Below, one piece after another: positions 23,463-31,552 of a stretch of DNA of 64,000 nucleotides. How positions within the stretch are numbered: the stretch's first letter is position 1; each line of letters opens with the position of its first letter. Origin of the DNA: Longimicrobiales bacterium. Its GTDB lineage: Bacteria; Gemmatimonadota; Gemmatimonadetes; Longimicrobiales; Gaopeijiaceae. The DNA lies in contig CBDBCF010000001.1 of the NCBI GenBank assembly GCA_965202985.1, forward strand, positions 480,001-544,000, given 5' to 3'. The translations under genes and the position numbers were made by a program. Under the pieces are notes generated by a model, which saw only the letters and a list, made by a program, of their open reading frames with translations, was not told where the DNA came from and did no database searches.

Positions 23463-24709
23463 GGCTGGGCCGCCCAGATCACCAGTTGAAGCTCGACATC
23501 GCCGACCAGCGTGTACTCCGGCAACCGGCCCGACAACTCCCGGCTCTCGCGGCGAATGACCGGCACGCCGTCGCCCCTTCGGTCCATCAAGCGCTTGCGG
23601 CCCACATCCGCGCCGGGGGGCACCGGGCATCGCGCCAGCAACGACACGAGAAGCTCGTTCCGGCAGGACTGGACGAGGTGCAGGCTGTCGGCGTCCAAGC
23701 CGTTGGCCAAGCCGCCGGGGACATGCAGCTCCAGGCGGTCCCCGAAGATGTGCATCCGAATTCGCTCCCCGTGCCTCGAATAGTCGCGATGAGCCACCGC
23801 GTTGACCAACGCCTCGAAGACGGCCCGTTCGCTGAACTGCGGGCGCTCGGACCGCGCCGTCCGCTTGGTGGCGCGCACGAGCATGTTGCGGCGAACGAAG
23901 TGCAGCGCCTCCTCGACTTGCTGATCGATCGGTCCGCTGATGTCGCGGGCGTCGCTCTGATAGACGGCGTCCGTTCGTTTGCCGGCGTAGCTGACCGCCT
24001 GAATGTAGGCGTGCGGAAGCCACTTCTGCGGTTCGCACGTGCAGAGTAGAACGCCTGCAAGCGTCAGTCGCGCACGTCCGTCCGAGTCGTCAGTCACAAT
24101 TCTCATCTTGCGCAGGACGGCCAGCTCCTCTTCGGGCGTCTCGGGGACGGCTTCCGGATCGCCTTCCACGAAACGACGCGTCAGCGAGTAGTGCAGGTCG
24201 CCCGGCGTCGTGTCGGGCACTACCGATCCATCGAAGCGCAACACCCGACTCTGGCTTCGTTCCTGGAAGAGCCGCGCCAGGGCCTCCGGCGAAAGTTCCC
24301 GCTTTGAACTCCCTAGGCGGCGGAAGTACCCGCCCGGGCTCTTGTGGACGAAGAGGCTGTTCGGCACGTCTACGCGGACTACAGGCACCAAGCGTCCCTC
24401 TGCATTGGGCGCCTCCTGCTTCAAGATATCGGCGTCCAGCGGCGGCTTCACCAAGTCGTTGCAGATTTCGCGAATCCATGTCTCCACGACGTCAAGGTGC
24501 TCGAGTGGGATGCCCTCGGCCAAGCGCGTCTTGTCGTCCACGCCCAGCACCAACGTTCCGCCTTGGGCGTTGGCCAGCGCCGCCAGCTCGTCGGCGACGC
24601 TGTTCCGGCTGGGTTCCTTGACACGTTTTCCGGACACCCGAACGCGCTTCAGCTCCAAGACGGAGTCTTCGCCGAAGCGAAGGCGGCGAATCAGCTCTGC
24701 ATCGTTCAT
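23459..24709 (-). CDS. AlbA_2 (Schlafen-like) domain + HATPase_c_4 protein
   Basis: GEDSVLELK...ALANAQGGTLVLGVDD; EALVNAVAHRDY; PGGL; MDRRGDG. Confidence 0.9.
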   Translation of the reverse strand: MNDAELIRRLRFGEDSVLELKRVRVSGKRVKEPSRNSVADELAALANAQGGTLVLGVDDKTRLAEGIPLEHLDVVETWIREICNDLVKPPLDADILKQEAPNAEGRLVPVVRVDVPNSLFVHKSPGGYFRRLGSSKRELSPEALARLFQERSQSRVLRFDGSVVPDTTPGDLHYSLTRRFVEGDPEAVPETPEEELAVLRKMRIVTDDSDGRARLTLAGVLLCTCEPQKWLPHAYIQAVSYAGKRTDAVYQSDARDISGPIDQQVEEALHFVRRNMLVRATKRTARSERPQFSERAVFEALVNAVAHRDYSRHGERIRMHIFGDRLELHVPGGLANGLDADSLHLVQSCRNELLVSLLARCPVPPGADVGRKRLMDRRGDGVPVIRRESRELSGRLPEYTLVGDVELQLVIWAAQP

Positions 24710-25359
24710 GAGCGGAGCAAGTCCAGCTGGTTCGTCGCGGCGGTAGTCGAGCCGGAGTGGTTCGCGTAGGTGTTCCAGTCCGGCGTGTAGTCCCGAGCTT
24801 GGTTGCCCCAGGCGAACCAGCCTTCCCGCGTGCCCCGGGCGAAGAGTTCCAGGTAGGGCCCCGGACTGCACGCCTCGATGATGTCGTACTGCTCGTCGGG
24901 CTTGCGGCTGTGTTCGCGCTTCCGAGAGCGGATCATGTTCTCTTGGCGCCGGCCAGGCTGCAGCGTGCGTGCATTTCGTCCCCTGACCCCGAAAAGGATC
25001 ACTTCGGTCACGTTCCTGAAGTAGAATCCGACCCCCCTGCGATCGGGGCCGCCGTCCTTCCTGATCTTGTACCAAACCAGGTTCGTCTTGTACTCGAACC
25101 CCCAGCACTTCATGACCTTGAGGCCGTACGGCAGGAGCGCGTTGGGAATCCACAGATACAAGTGGGCCGTGTCCGCGACGACGGAGCGAACGGGCAACTC
25201 CTCGATCTCCTCGAAGGACATCGTCGAATAGCGCGACAATCGCTTGTGCTCGGGCGCCACCTTGCCCGTCTTGTTGTGGAAGCGCCAGGGTGGATCCGCT
25301 AGAACGGTGGCGAACCTCTTCCCGCCTACGGACTGGACGAAGTGGTCATGCGGCGACAT
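24706..25359 (-). CDS. MT-A70 family N6-adenine methyltransferase
   Basis: LADPPW, HLYLW, WGFEYKTN, G-GFYFRNVTE, HSRKP, YLELFAR. Confidence 0.93.
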   Translation of the reverse strand: MSPHDHFVQSVGGKRFATVLADPPWRFHNKTGKVAPEHKRLSRYSTMSFEEIEELPVRSVVADTAHLYLWIPNALLPYGLKVMKCWGFEYKTNLVWYKIRKDGGPDRRGVGFYFRNVTEVILFGVRGRNARTLQPGRRQENMIRSRKREHSRKPDEQYDIIEACSPGPYLELFARGTREGWFAWGNQARDYTPDWNTYANHSGSTTAATNQLDLLRS

Positions 25360-25496
25360 TGGTCAACGATAGGCTACCGGGGTCCGCGTGTCCATGGATC
25401 CAGCCTGGGCGCGATTTCGAGGTCCTGAAATGTCCCCGTCGATGTCCCGATTTCGGGGCTCGGGTGTCCATGCCCGAATCCCGCGCCCCACATGAC

Positions 25497-26627
25497 TCAA
25501 GGATACCCATCCAGAAGGTTGTTTTCCCAGAGCTGGCCGGTCGAGCATTCCCCCAGCCACTCGCGGTAGTCTTCCGACTTCGGCCGTTGCACCGTCGTCG
25601 CGTCCCCGTCGAGACGGAGTACGAGCAGCTTTTCAAGTTCGAAGACGTCGACGAGCAGGGACGACTGCGTGGCGACGATGATCTGTCGTAGGGCGGACAA
25701 GGACCTGATCATGCCGCCGACCAGCGAGACTGCCGCTGGGTGAAGGCCCAGCTCGGGCTCGTCGAGCAGAATGACGCTGGGCAGCAGGTCCAGGGGAAGA
25801 TTGAGAAGCGTCATCAGGGCGAATGTCCGCAACGAAGCGTCCGACGCAAGGTGCGCGCCGCGGGTCTTGTCGGAGCCCTTGGCCTTCCAGCGCAGCGTCA
25901 GGCGGTCGCGGTGCTCCTCGATGGCGAAGCGGTCGAACGGGGGCAGGACCCGACCGACGTAATTGCAGATGCTCTCGTACCGCCGCATGTCGTTCCTTTC
26001 CAGGAAGTGCAACACGGCAGCCAAGTTGCCGGCGTCGCAGCGGAGGCGTCGCCGGTCGCTGGCGTCCGTGGGCGTCCTGATGCGGGAACGGTTGGAGGTG
26101 TCGTGGAAGTGGTAGCATGAGCAGCCGCCAAGAGTGGCGACGATTGCCCGTGCCGCGGAACCTGCGTCGTCGGCGTCGTCCGAGCCCGCGTCGCCCACGT
26201 CAAGGAGCTCGGCCTCGGCGTGCCCGGAACCCAGTTCGTGCCAGGGCGAGCCGCTCGGCTGGTCCCCATTGCGGAGGCGAAAGCGCTCGTCGGCGAACTC
26301 CAGGCGGTCGGGGTTCGCGTGTGTCAGGGTCAAATGGTAGTCGACCCGGCCCGCCGTCGTGCGCAGCGCAAGATTGGCCTCCATGCGACGTGTGCGCCGG
26401 CGTCCGCCGAACAACTGGTCGTCCGCGCCGCCTTGCGCGTGCACGAACCTTGCCAGCCCACCCGACGGCGGCGTCAGCATCCGGCCGACCATCTCAAGGA
26501 AGCGGACGAGGTTCGACTTGCCCGCGCCGTTCGGGCCGATCATCACGGTCGGGTTGGGCAGGTCCTCGACCTTGAAGTCGGCCAGCGAGCGGAAGCCCTT
26601 GACGTGGATCGACTCGATGGCGTTCAT
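25497..26627 (-). CDS. ABC-type AAA ATPase (AAA_21/AAA_15-like)
   Basis: Walker A GPNGAGKS, Walker B ILLDEPELGLHP, ATQS; signature reads ASDASLR. Confidence 0.9.
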   Translation of the reverse strand: MNAIESIHVKGFRSLADFKVEDLPNPTVMIGPNGAGKSNLVRFLEMVGRMLTPPSGGLARFVHAQGGADDQLFGGRRRTRRMEANLALRTTAGRVDYHLTLTHANPDRLEFADERFRLRNGDQPSGSPWHELGSGHAEAELLDVGDAGSDDADDAGSAARAIVATLGGCSCYHFHDTSNRSRIRTPTDASDRRRLRCDAGNLAAVLHFLERNDMRRYESICNYVGRVLPPFDRFAIEEHRDRLTLRWKAKGSDKTRGAHLASDASLRTFALMTLLNLPLDLLPSVILLDEPELGLHPAAVSLVGGMIRSLSALRQIIVATQSSLLVDVFELEKLLVLRLDGDATTVQRPKSEDYREWLGECSTGQLWENNLLDGYP

Positions 26628-26671
26628 GGGGCGTTTCTCTACCTACCGCTCGATCGAGAAGCGGGCTGCGG

Positions 26672-27907
26672 TTACGGCTGCGTCGTCACGGCGGCGGTCG
26701 AGGGCGCGAAGCTGTGCACTACTATGGTGGCAACGTCCAGTTCGTCGGTATGCACGGTCAGCAGGTAGTCGGGGCCGGCCTCGGCCAGCGAGTGGTCTGG
26801 CATCGGCGGCAGGCGGCACATGAATTCGCCGGTCGGGGAGAAGACCATGGCGCCCGACTCTGGTTCTGGTCGGCCCGGACGCCGGTAGGGAAACACGAAC
26901 AGATGGCCGGCGTTGCCCATCAGAAGGCCGCTGAACGCCGGAAACTGGTCCGCTGCGGGCCGCCTCGGGCTCAGCGTCGGACCGGCGGTCCGGCTCGGCT
27001 CGCTTCTCCAGGCGTTCTGCGCGCGATAGTCCTCTCGGTAGGCGTCGAGGTCGGCGCCGCTCACCGACCTGTCGCCGGCATTCCATCGCACGATCGTGGT
27101 CAGCCGGTACTCGGAGTCCAGGACGCGGACCTCGGCCTCGCGGCCCGTGCCCATGGCGATGTGGTCGCCTCGGGCGCTGACGCTGGCCCTGCTGTCGAAC
27201 ACCGGGCCGATGAAGAGATCGGGCCACGTCGAATCGCGGATCTGTCCCAACCGCCGATTGGGGAGCCCAGCCAAGACGCCGACGAGCTTGCCGTCCGGGT
27301 AGTGCGCCTCCACGACCAAGGTGTCGGGGGTGTCGAACGATCTGCTGCTTCCTCGCGTCACCCAGGCGGTCACAAGCGTACCGTTCGAGAGCACTCCGCC
27401 GCCTCTGGACGGATTGGGATAGATGGGGTCCAGCTCGACGGCACGGCTCCAGGCGCCGTCCGCGGCAAACACGTTGTAGCGCCAGGGCCGGTAGTCGCCG
27501 ACCCAAAGCGTGTCGCCGGGGCGAACCCATACGTACCAGGCGTTCCTGAACTCGCCGGGGCCGTCGCCCGAGCGCCCCAAGGACCGGAGATGTTCGCCCG
27601 TCTCGTCAAAGATGCGGACTTGGTCCACCGTCGGATCGACTACGGCGACCGAACCGTCCGACAGCCGTGCAGCGCCGGCGACGTCGCCGAACAGGTGGGC
27701 CGGATCGTCCTCCCTGTTGCCGACGACGAGGAGCGGTTCCTCGCCAACCGCGCACATGGCGTCTGACGCGGACGGGTCGCTGACGACGACCCGCACTCCG
27801 GCGCTGTCCACGGCGACGACGGGACTGGATGGGGCGCTTTCGCACGAGGCGAAGGCGGCGGCCAGCAGCGACAGGGCGAGCTTGCGGGGCAAGGGAGTTT
27901 CGTTCAT
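26672..27907 (-). CDS. 6-bladed beta-propeller lipoprotein (copy 2)
   Basis: Lipobox AFASC; visibly collinear with and highly similar to copies 1 and 3. Confidence 0.85.
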   Translation of the reverse strand: MNETPLPRKLALSLLAAAFASCESAPSSPVVAVDSAGVRVVVSDPSASDAMCAVGEEPLLVVGNREDDPAHLFGDVAGAARLSDGSVAVVDPTVDQVRIFDETGEHLRSLGRSGDGPGEFRNAWYVWVRPGDTLWVGDYRPWRYNVFAADGAWSRAVELDPIYPNPSRGGGVLSNGTLVTAWVTRGSSRSFDTPDTLVVEAHYPDGKLVGVLAGLPNRRLGQIRDSTWPDLFIGPVFDSRASVSARGDHIAMGTGREAEVRVLDSEYRLTTIVRWNAGDRSVSGADLDAYREDYRAQNAWRSEPSRTAGPTLSPRRPAADQFPAFSGLLMGNAGHLFVFPYRRPGRPEPESGAMVFSPTGEFMCRLPPMPDHSLAEAGPDYLLTVHTDELDVATIVVHSFAPSTAAVTTQP

Positions 27908-28092
27908 GGTGGGACCTGCTTGATTTGGCGGATGGTCCAACGACTGCCTTGGGAACCGCCAGGAGCGTGGCATCGAAGTTGGCGTAGCGCAAGCGCAAGC
28001 GGGCGAAGCGCCGGAGCCGACGTCCGCGTCGCGTCGCGCGGGTTCAATGCAGACGGCGGCTTGCTCGGGGCGGTCACCCGGCTACTGCGTCG

Positions 28093-29307
28093 TCACGGCC
28101 GCGGTCGGGGGGCGAAGCTGTGCACTACTACGGTGGGAACGTCCAGTTCGTCCAAGTGCACGAGCAGCAGGTAGTCGGGGCCGGCCTCGGCCAGCGAGTG
28201 GCCTGGCATCGGCGGCAGGCGGCACAGGAACTCGCCGGTTGGGGCGAAGACCATGGTGGTGGGCCTTGATTGGCCCTGACGCGGGTAGGGAAACACGAAC
28301 AGATGGCCGGCGTTGCCCATCAGAAGGCCGCTGAACGCCGGAAACTGGTCGGCCACGGGTCGCCTCGGGCTAAGCATCGGGCCGTCAAGCCGACTCGGTT
28401 CGCTTCTCCATGCTTCCGACGCCCGATATTCCTCTCGGTAGGCGTCGACGTCGGCGCCGCTCACCGACCTGTCGCCCGCGTTCCATCGGACGATCGTGGT
28501 CAGTCTGTATGCGGAGTCCAGGACGCGGACCTCGGCCTCGCGGCTCGTGCCCATGGCGATGCGGTCGACTCGGGCGGTGACGCTCGCTCGGCTGTCGAAC
28601 ACCGGGTGGATGAAGAGGTCGGGCCACGACGAATCCTCGATCTGGCCCGCCCGTTGATTGGGGAGCCGAGCCAAGACGCCGACGAGCTTTCCATCCGCGT
28701 CGTGTGCTTCCACGATCAAGGTGTCGGGCGTGTCGAACGAGCTTTCCCTTGCTGGCGTCCTCCTGGCGGCGACAAGCAGGCCGGTCGAGAGCACTCCGCC
28801 TCCGCGAGACGGGTTTTGATAGATGGGGTCCAGCTCGACGGCGCGGCTCCAGGCGCCGTCCGCCGCAAACACGTTGTAGCGCCATGGCCGGTGGTCGCCG
28901 ACCCAGAGCGTGTCTCCTGGGCGAACCCATACGAGCCAAGCGTTCTTGAACTCGCCGGGGCCGTCGCCCAGTCGCCCCAAGGACCGGAGATGTTCGCCCG
29001 TGTCGTCGAAGACGCGGACTTGGTTCACCGTCGGATCGACCACGGCCACGGAACCGTCCGACAGCCGGGCCGCGCCTACCACGCGGCCGAAGAGGTGGGC
29101 CGGGTCGTCCTCCCGGTCGCCGACGACAAGTAGCGGCTCTTCGCCGACCGCGCACGTGGCGTCCGACGCGGACGGGTCGCTGACGACGACCCGCACTCCG
29201 GCGCTGTCCACGGCGATGACGGGACTGGACGGGGCGCTCTCGCACGAGGCGAAGGCGACGGCCAGCAGCGACAGGGCGAGCTTGCGGGGCACGGGAGTTT
29301 CGTTCAT
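28093..29307 (-). CDS. 6-bladed beta-propeller lipoprotein (copy 3)
   Basis: Tandem paralog of copy 2, including a shared ~45-bp upstream sequence (gacctgcttga(t/c)ttggcggatggtccaacgactgccttgg). Confidence 0.85.
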   Translation of the reverse strand: MNETPVPRKLALSLLAVAFASCESAPSSPVIAVDSAGVRVVVSDPSASDATCAVGEEPLLVVGDREDDPAHLFGRVVGAARLSDGSVAVVDPTVNQVRVFDDTGEHLRSLGRLGDGPGEFKNAWLVWVRPGDTLWVGDHRPWRYNVFAADGAWSRAVELDPIYQNPSRGGGVLSTGLLVAARRTPARESSFDTPDTLIVEAHDADGKLVGVLARLPNQRAGQIEDSSWPDLFIHPVFDSRASVTARVDRIAMGTSREAEVRVLDSAYRLTTIVRWNAGDRSVSGADVDAYREEYRASEAWRSEPSRLDGPMLSPRRPVADQFPAFSGLLMGNAGHLFVFPYPRQGQSRPTTMVFAPTGEFLCRLPPMPGHSLAEAGPDYLLLVHLDELDVPTVVVHSFAPRPRP

Positions 29308-29479
29308 GGTGGACCTGCTTGACTTGGCGGATGGTCCAACGACTGCCTTGGAACATAGCACCGGCGTCGGATTGAGGTAGCGTGCCCGCTGCCGCCCGCT
29401 GGGGGGTTGCCCATCGCACGCTGGCAATCCTATCTTTCCGTCGTCCTCCTACTACCCCCAATCACCCGAGCTAGTAGCC

Positions 29480-30019
29480 ATGCGACCCGTCCTGCCGATC
29501 CACGACATGTTCGATCGTCACTGGGGCCTCACCCCCGAACTCGCCGAGTCGTGCACGCAAGCTGCATGCGTGTGTCTTGACCGCCACTATGTTTCCCCGA
29601 TTGATTTCATTATTGAGGATTCCGTCCAGTGCCAACCTACAATAGTGGAGTGGACCAAGACGGATCGAAGAATCCGAGCTGCCTGGGCCAACGACATCGA
29701 CACCACCGAATTCGGTGCATATGCTTGCGCCCTCGCGGCTGTCGAACTGCGGCACGGCTTTGTGGCAGTTGCCCGTGCAGAGACGAGGACCGGCGCCGAC
29801 TTCTACGTTGGCCAACCCGTATCGTCCGGTGCGGACCTTGAAGATCGCATTCGCCTGGAAGTATCGGGAACCGATATCGGTTCGCCATCTGCAATCGCCT
29901 GGCGTTTACAGAACAAGCTGCGACAAGCCGAGGCTGGCGAGAGCCCGCTTCCCGCGATCGCTGCGGTTGTGGGGTTCCGTGCACGACAGGTACTTCTTGG
30001 ATATCTGGCGGTCACATGA
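29480..30019 (+). CDS. Hypothetical protein, PD-(D/E)XK-like nuclease fold suspected
   Basis: TEFGAYACA...TGADFYV...RLEVSGTD; lower GC than core; stop overlaps next gene start (ATGA). Confidence 0.7.
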   Translation: MRPVLPIHDMFDRHWGLTPELAESCTQAACVCLDRHYVSPIDFIIEDSVQCQPTIVEWTKTDRRIRAAWANDIDTTEFGAYACALAAVELRHGFVAVARAETRTGADFYVGQPVSSGADLEDRIRLEVSGTDIGSPSAIAWRLQNKLRQAEAGESPLPAIAAVVGFRARQVLLGYLAVT

Positions 30020-31158
30020 CGTGGCTTGAACACCACCGCGAAGCCGAATCTCTTGCTTCCCGGGCCGACATGGCCAGGCATTCAGGCAACGTCGACCAAG
30101 CGAAGCTCCTATGCGGCAGGGCAGCCGAGGCCGAGGTGCGAGCTATTGAGGCACTGGACCCATCGAAGCAACGTACGCTTGGGATAACAGCTGTAAGTGC
30201 AGTCGCCTTGTACTACAAGGCCGAACAGATGAAGACGGCTGAGAACACGGCATATCGCCTGCTTGCTCTTGACCACCTGCCGAGATTTGCAAGAACCCAG
30301 CTTCGCGACTTGCTTCAGACAATATGGAGCGACCAATTCCGTATGTCGGCAACAACAAGCTTTGCATCAAGTCAAGTGAACGTCGAGATCATGGGCGATG
30401 ACATACTGAGGGGGGGAGCCCCCGTAAGCACGGTATTTGGCCGCGTCAAGACTGTTCAGTCGCTGTTGTACAGAGTTGCTGAATTTACCAGAGGCGTCGA
30501 CCATCGCCGGCAGGGTCGCCCTAGTCAAGAGATTCGTGCGATTTGTCGTCCTTGGGTGTTTCATGCACCAGCGGCAAACTATCGATTCGCAGTGACGATT
30601 GAAGACACTACCGGACAACAGGATCTCTTTGAGGATGAGCAAGCAGGCCCCAGCAGAATAGTCGATAGCTTCATGTCTATCCTGCGGGCGAGCGTTGAGT
30701 CACCGAGGGAGGGCTTGGTAGCTATGGTCCCGGCCTGGGACTACCGGCATACGTTTCTTCGGCTGACACACGACCTGTCGCCGGACAGACATCACCAGCT
30801 CAATGTCTGGTCGCCTCGTCACACCGATCACGTCCTTCTAGACATTCACGCAAGGAAGCGTGTGTCGGGCGCAATGCGCGATGTTATTGGCGAAGCAAGT
30901 GCTCCTCACACAGTCAAAGGAGTATTGCGGGCAGTTCATCTCGATCGTGGCTGGTTAATGGTGAGAGATAGGCGCGGCAGGTACACCGTCAATGGCGTTG
31001 ACGACACTGTGGATGATGTTATTGGGGCAATGGTCAACCGCGAGGTGATCGTGAACACTTCGGCGGATGGCAAAGGACACTTGCAGTATCGAGGCATCGA
31101 AACGGCCGAGACGGAACCGTTGAGTCTATTCAGCGCCCGCGCTGAGGCCTCCACTTGA
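30016..31158 (+). CDS. Hypothetical protein (helical/TPR-like N-terminus, beta-rich C-terminus)
   Basis: 380-aa ORF in lower-GC DNA, translationally coupled to the upstream gene. Confidence 0.75.
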   Translation: MTWLEHHREAESLASRADMARHSGNVDQAKLLCGRAAEAEVRAIEALDPSKQRTLGITAVSAVALYYKAEQMKTAENTAYRLLALDHLPRFARTQLRDLLQTIWSDQFRMSATTSFASSQVNVEIMGDDILRGGAPVSTVFGRVKTVQSLLYRVAEFTRGVDHRRQGRPSQEIRAICRPWVFHAPAANYRFAVTIEDTTGQQDLFEDEQAGPSRIVDSFMSILRASVESPREGLVAMVPAWDYRHTFLRLTHDLSPDRHHQLNVWSPRHTDHVLLDIHARKRVSGAMRDVIGEASAPHTVKGVLRAVHLDRGWLMVRDRRGRYTVNGVDDTVDDVIGAMVNREVIVNTSADGKGHLQYRGIETAETEPLSLFSARAEAST

Positions 31159-31322
31159 TGGATTCTCCGCCCAGTTCGTCCGCTCCAAGGCCGTATGCTT
31201 GCCAGGCACGACCGTGCCCCTGCCGGAGGTGCGACTTGCACCGAATTCGGACTCCGGAATATACTTCCATCCGTCAGTTGGCTTTTCCGACGGCAAGGAT
31301 GAAGTGACCAGGGTAGCGCATC

Positions 31323-31526
31323 ATGGATCACGCACTGACCGACGCCCAGCATGCCGAGAAGCTGACGGCAGCCCGCGAGCGCTACGATCGCATTCGGAAA
31401 CGAATAGAGCCGTTTGTTGTCCCACCAAGAGCGGAACCGCCTGCCAAAATCGGCACATGGCGACGTGGGATCGACCTCCCAGATGATTCCAACGAGCGTT
31501 ACCGATTCGAGTTCTACGGACCGTAG
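31323..31526 (+). CDS. Small hypothetical protein (67 aa)
   Basis: ATG ORF of protein-like composition filling the gap before the hsdR stop; no motif recognised. Confidence 0.35.
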   Translation: MDHALTDAQHAEKLTAARERYDRIRKRIEPFVVPPRAEPPAKIGTWRRGIDLPDDSNERYRFEFYGP

Positions 31527-31552
31527 CGTAGCAACACGTCTCGCCGGGCCGC

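Noticed and set aside
25360..25496. BglII-like REase or DUF4276 gene between the ATPase and MT-A70
   Set aside because: Only about 140 bp; translations show no recognisable remnant.
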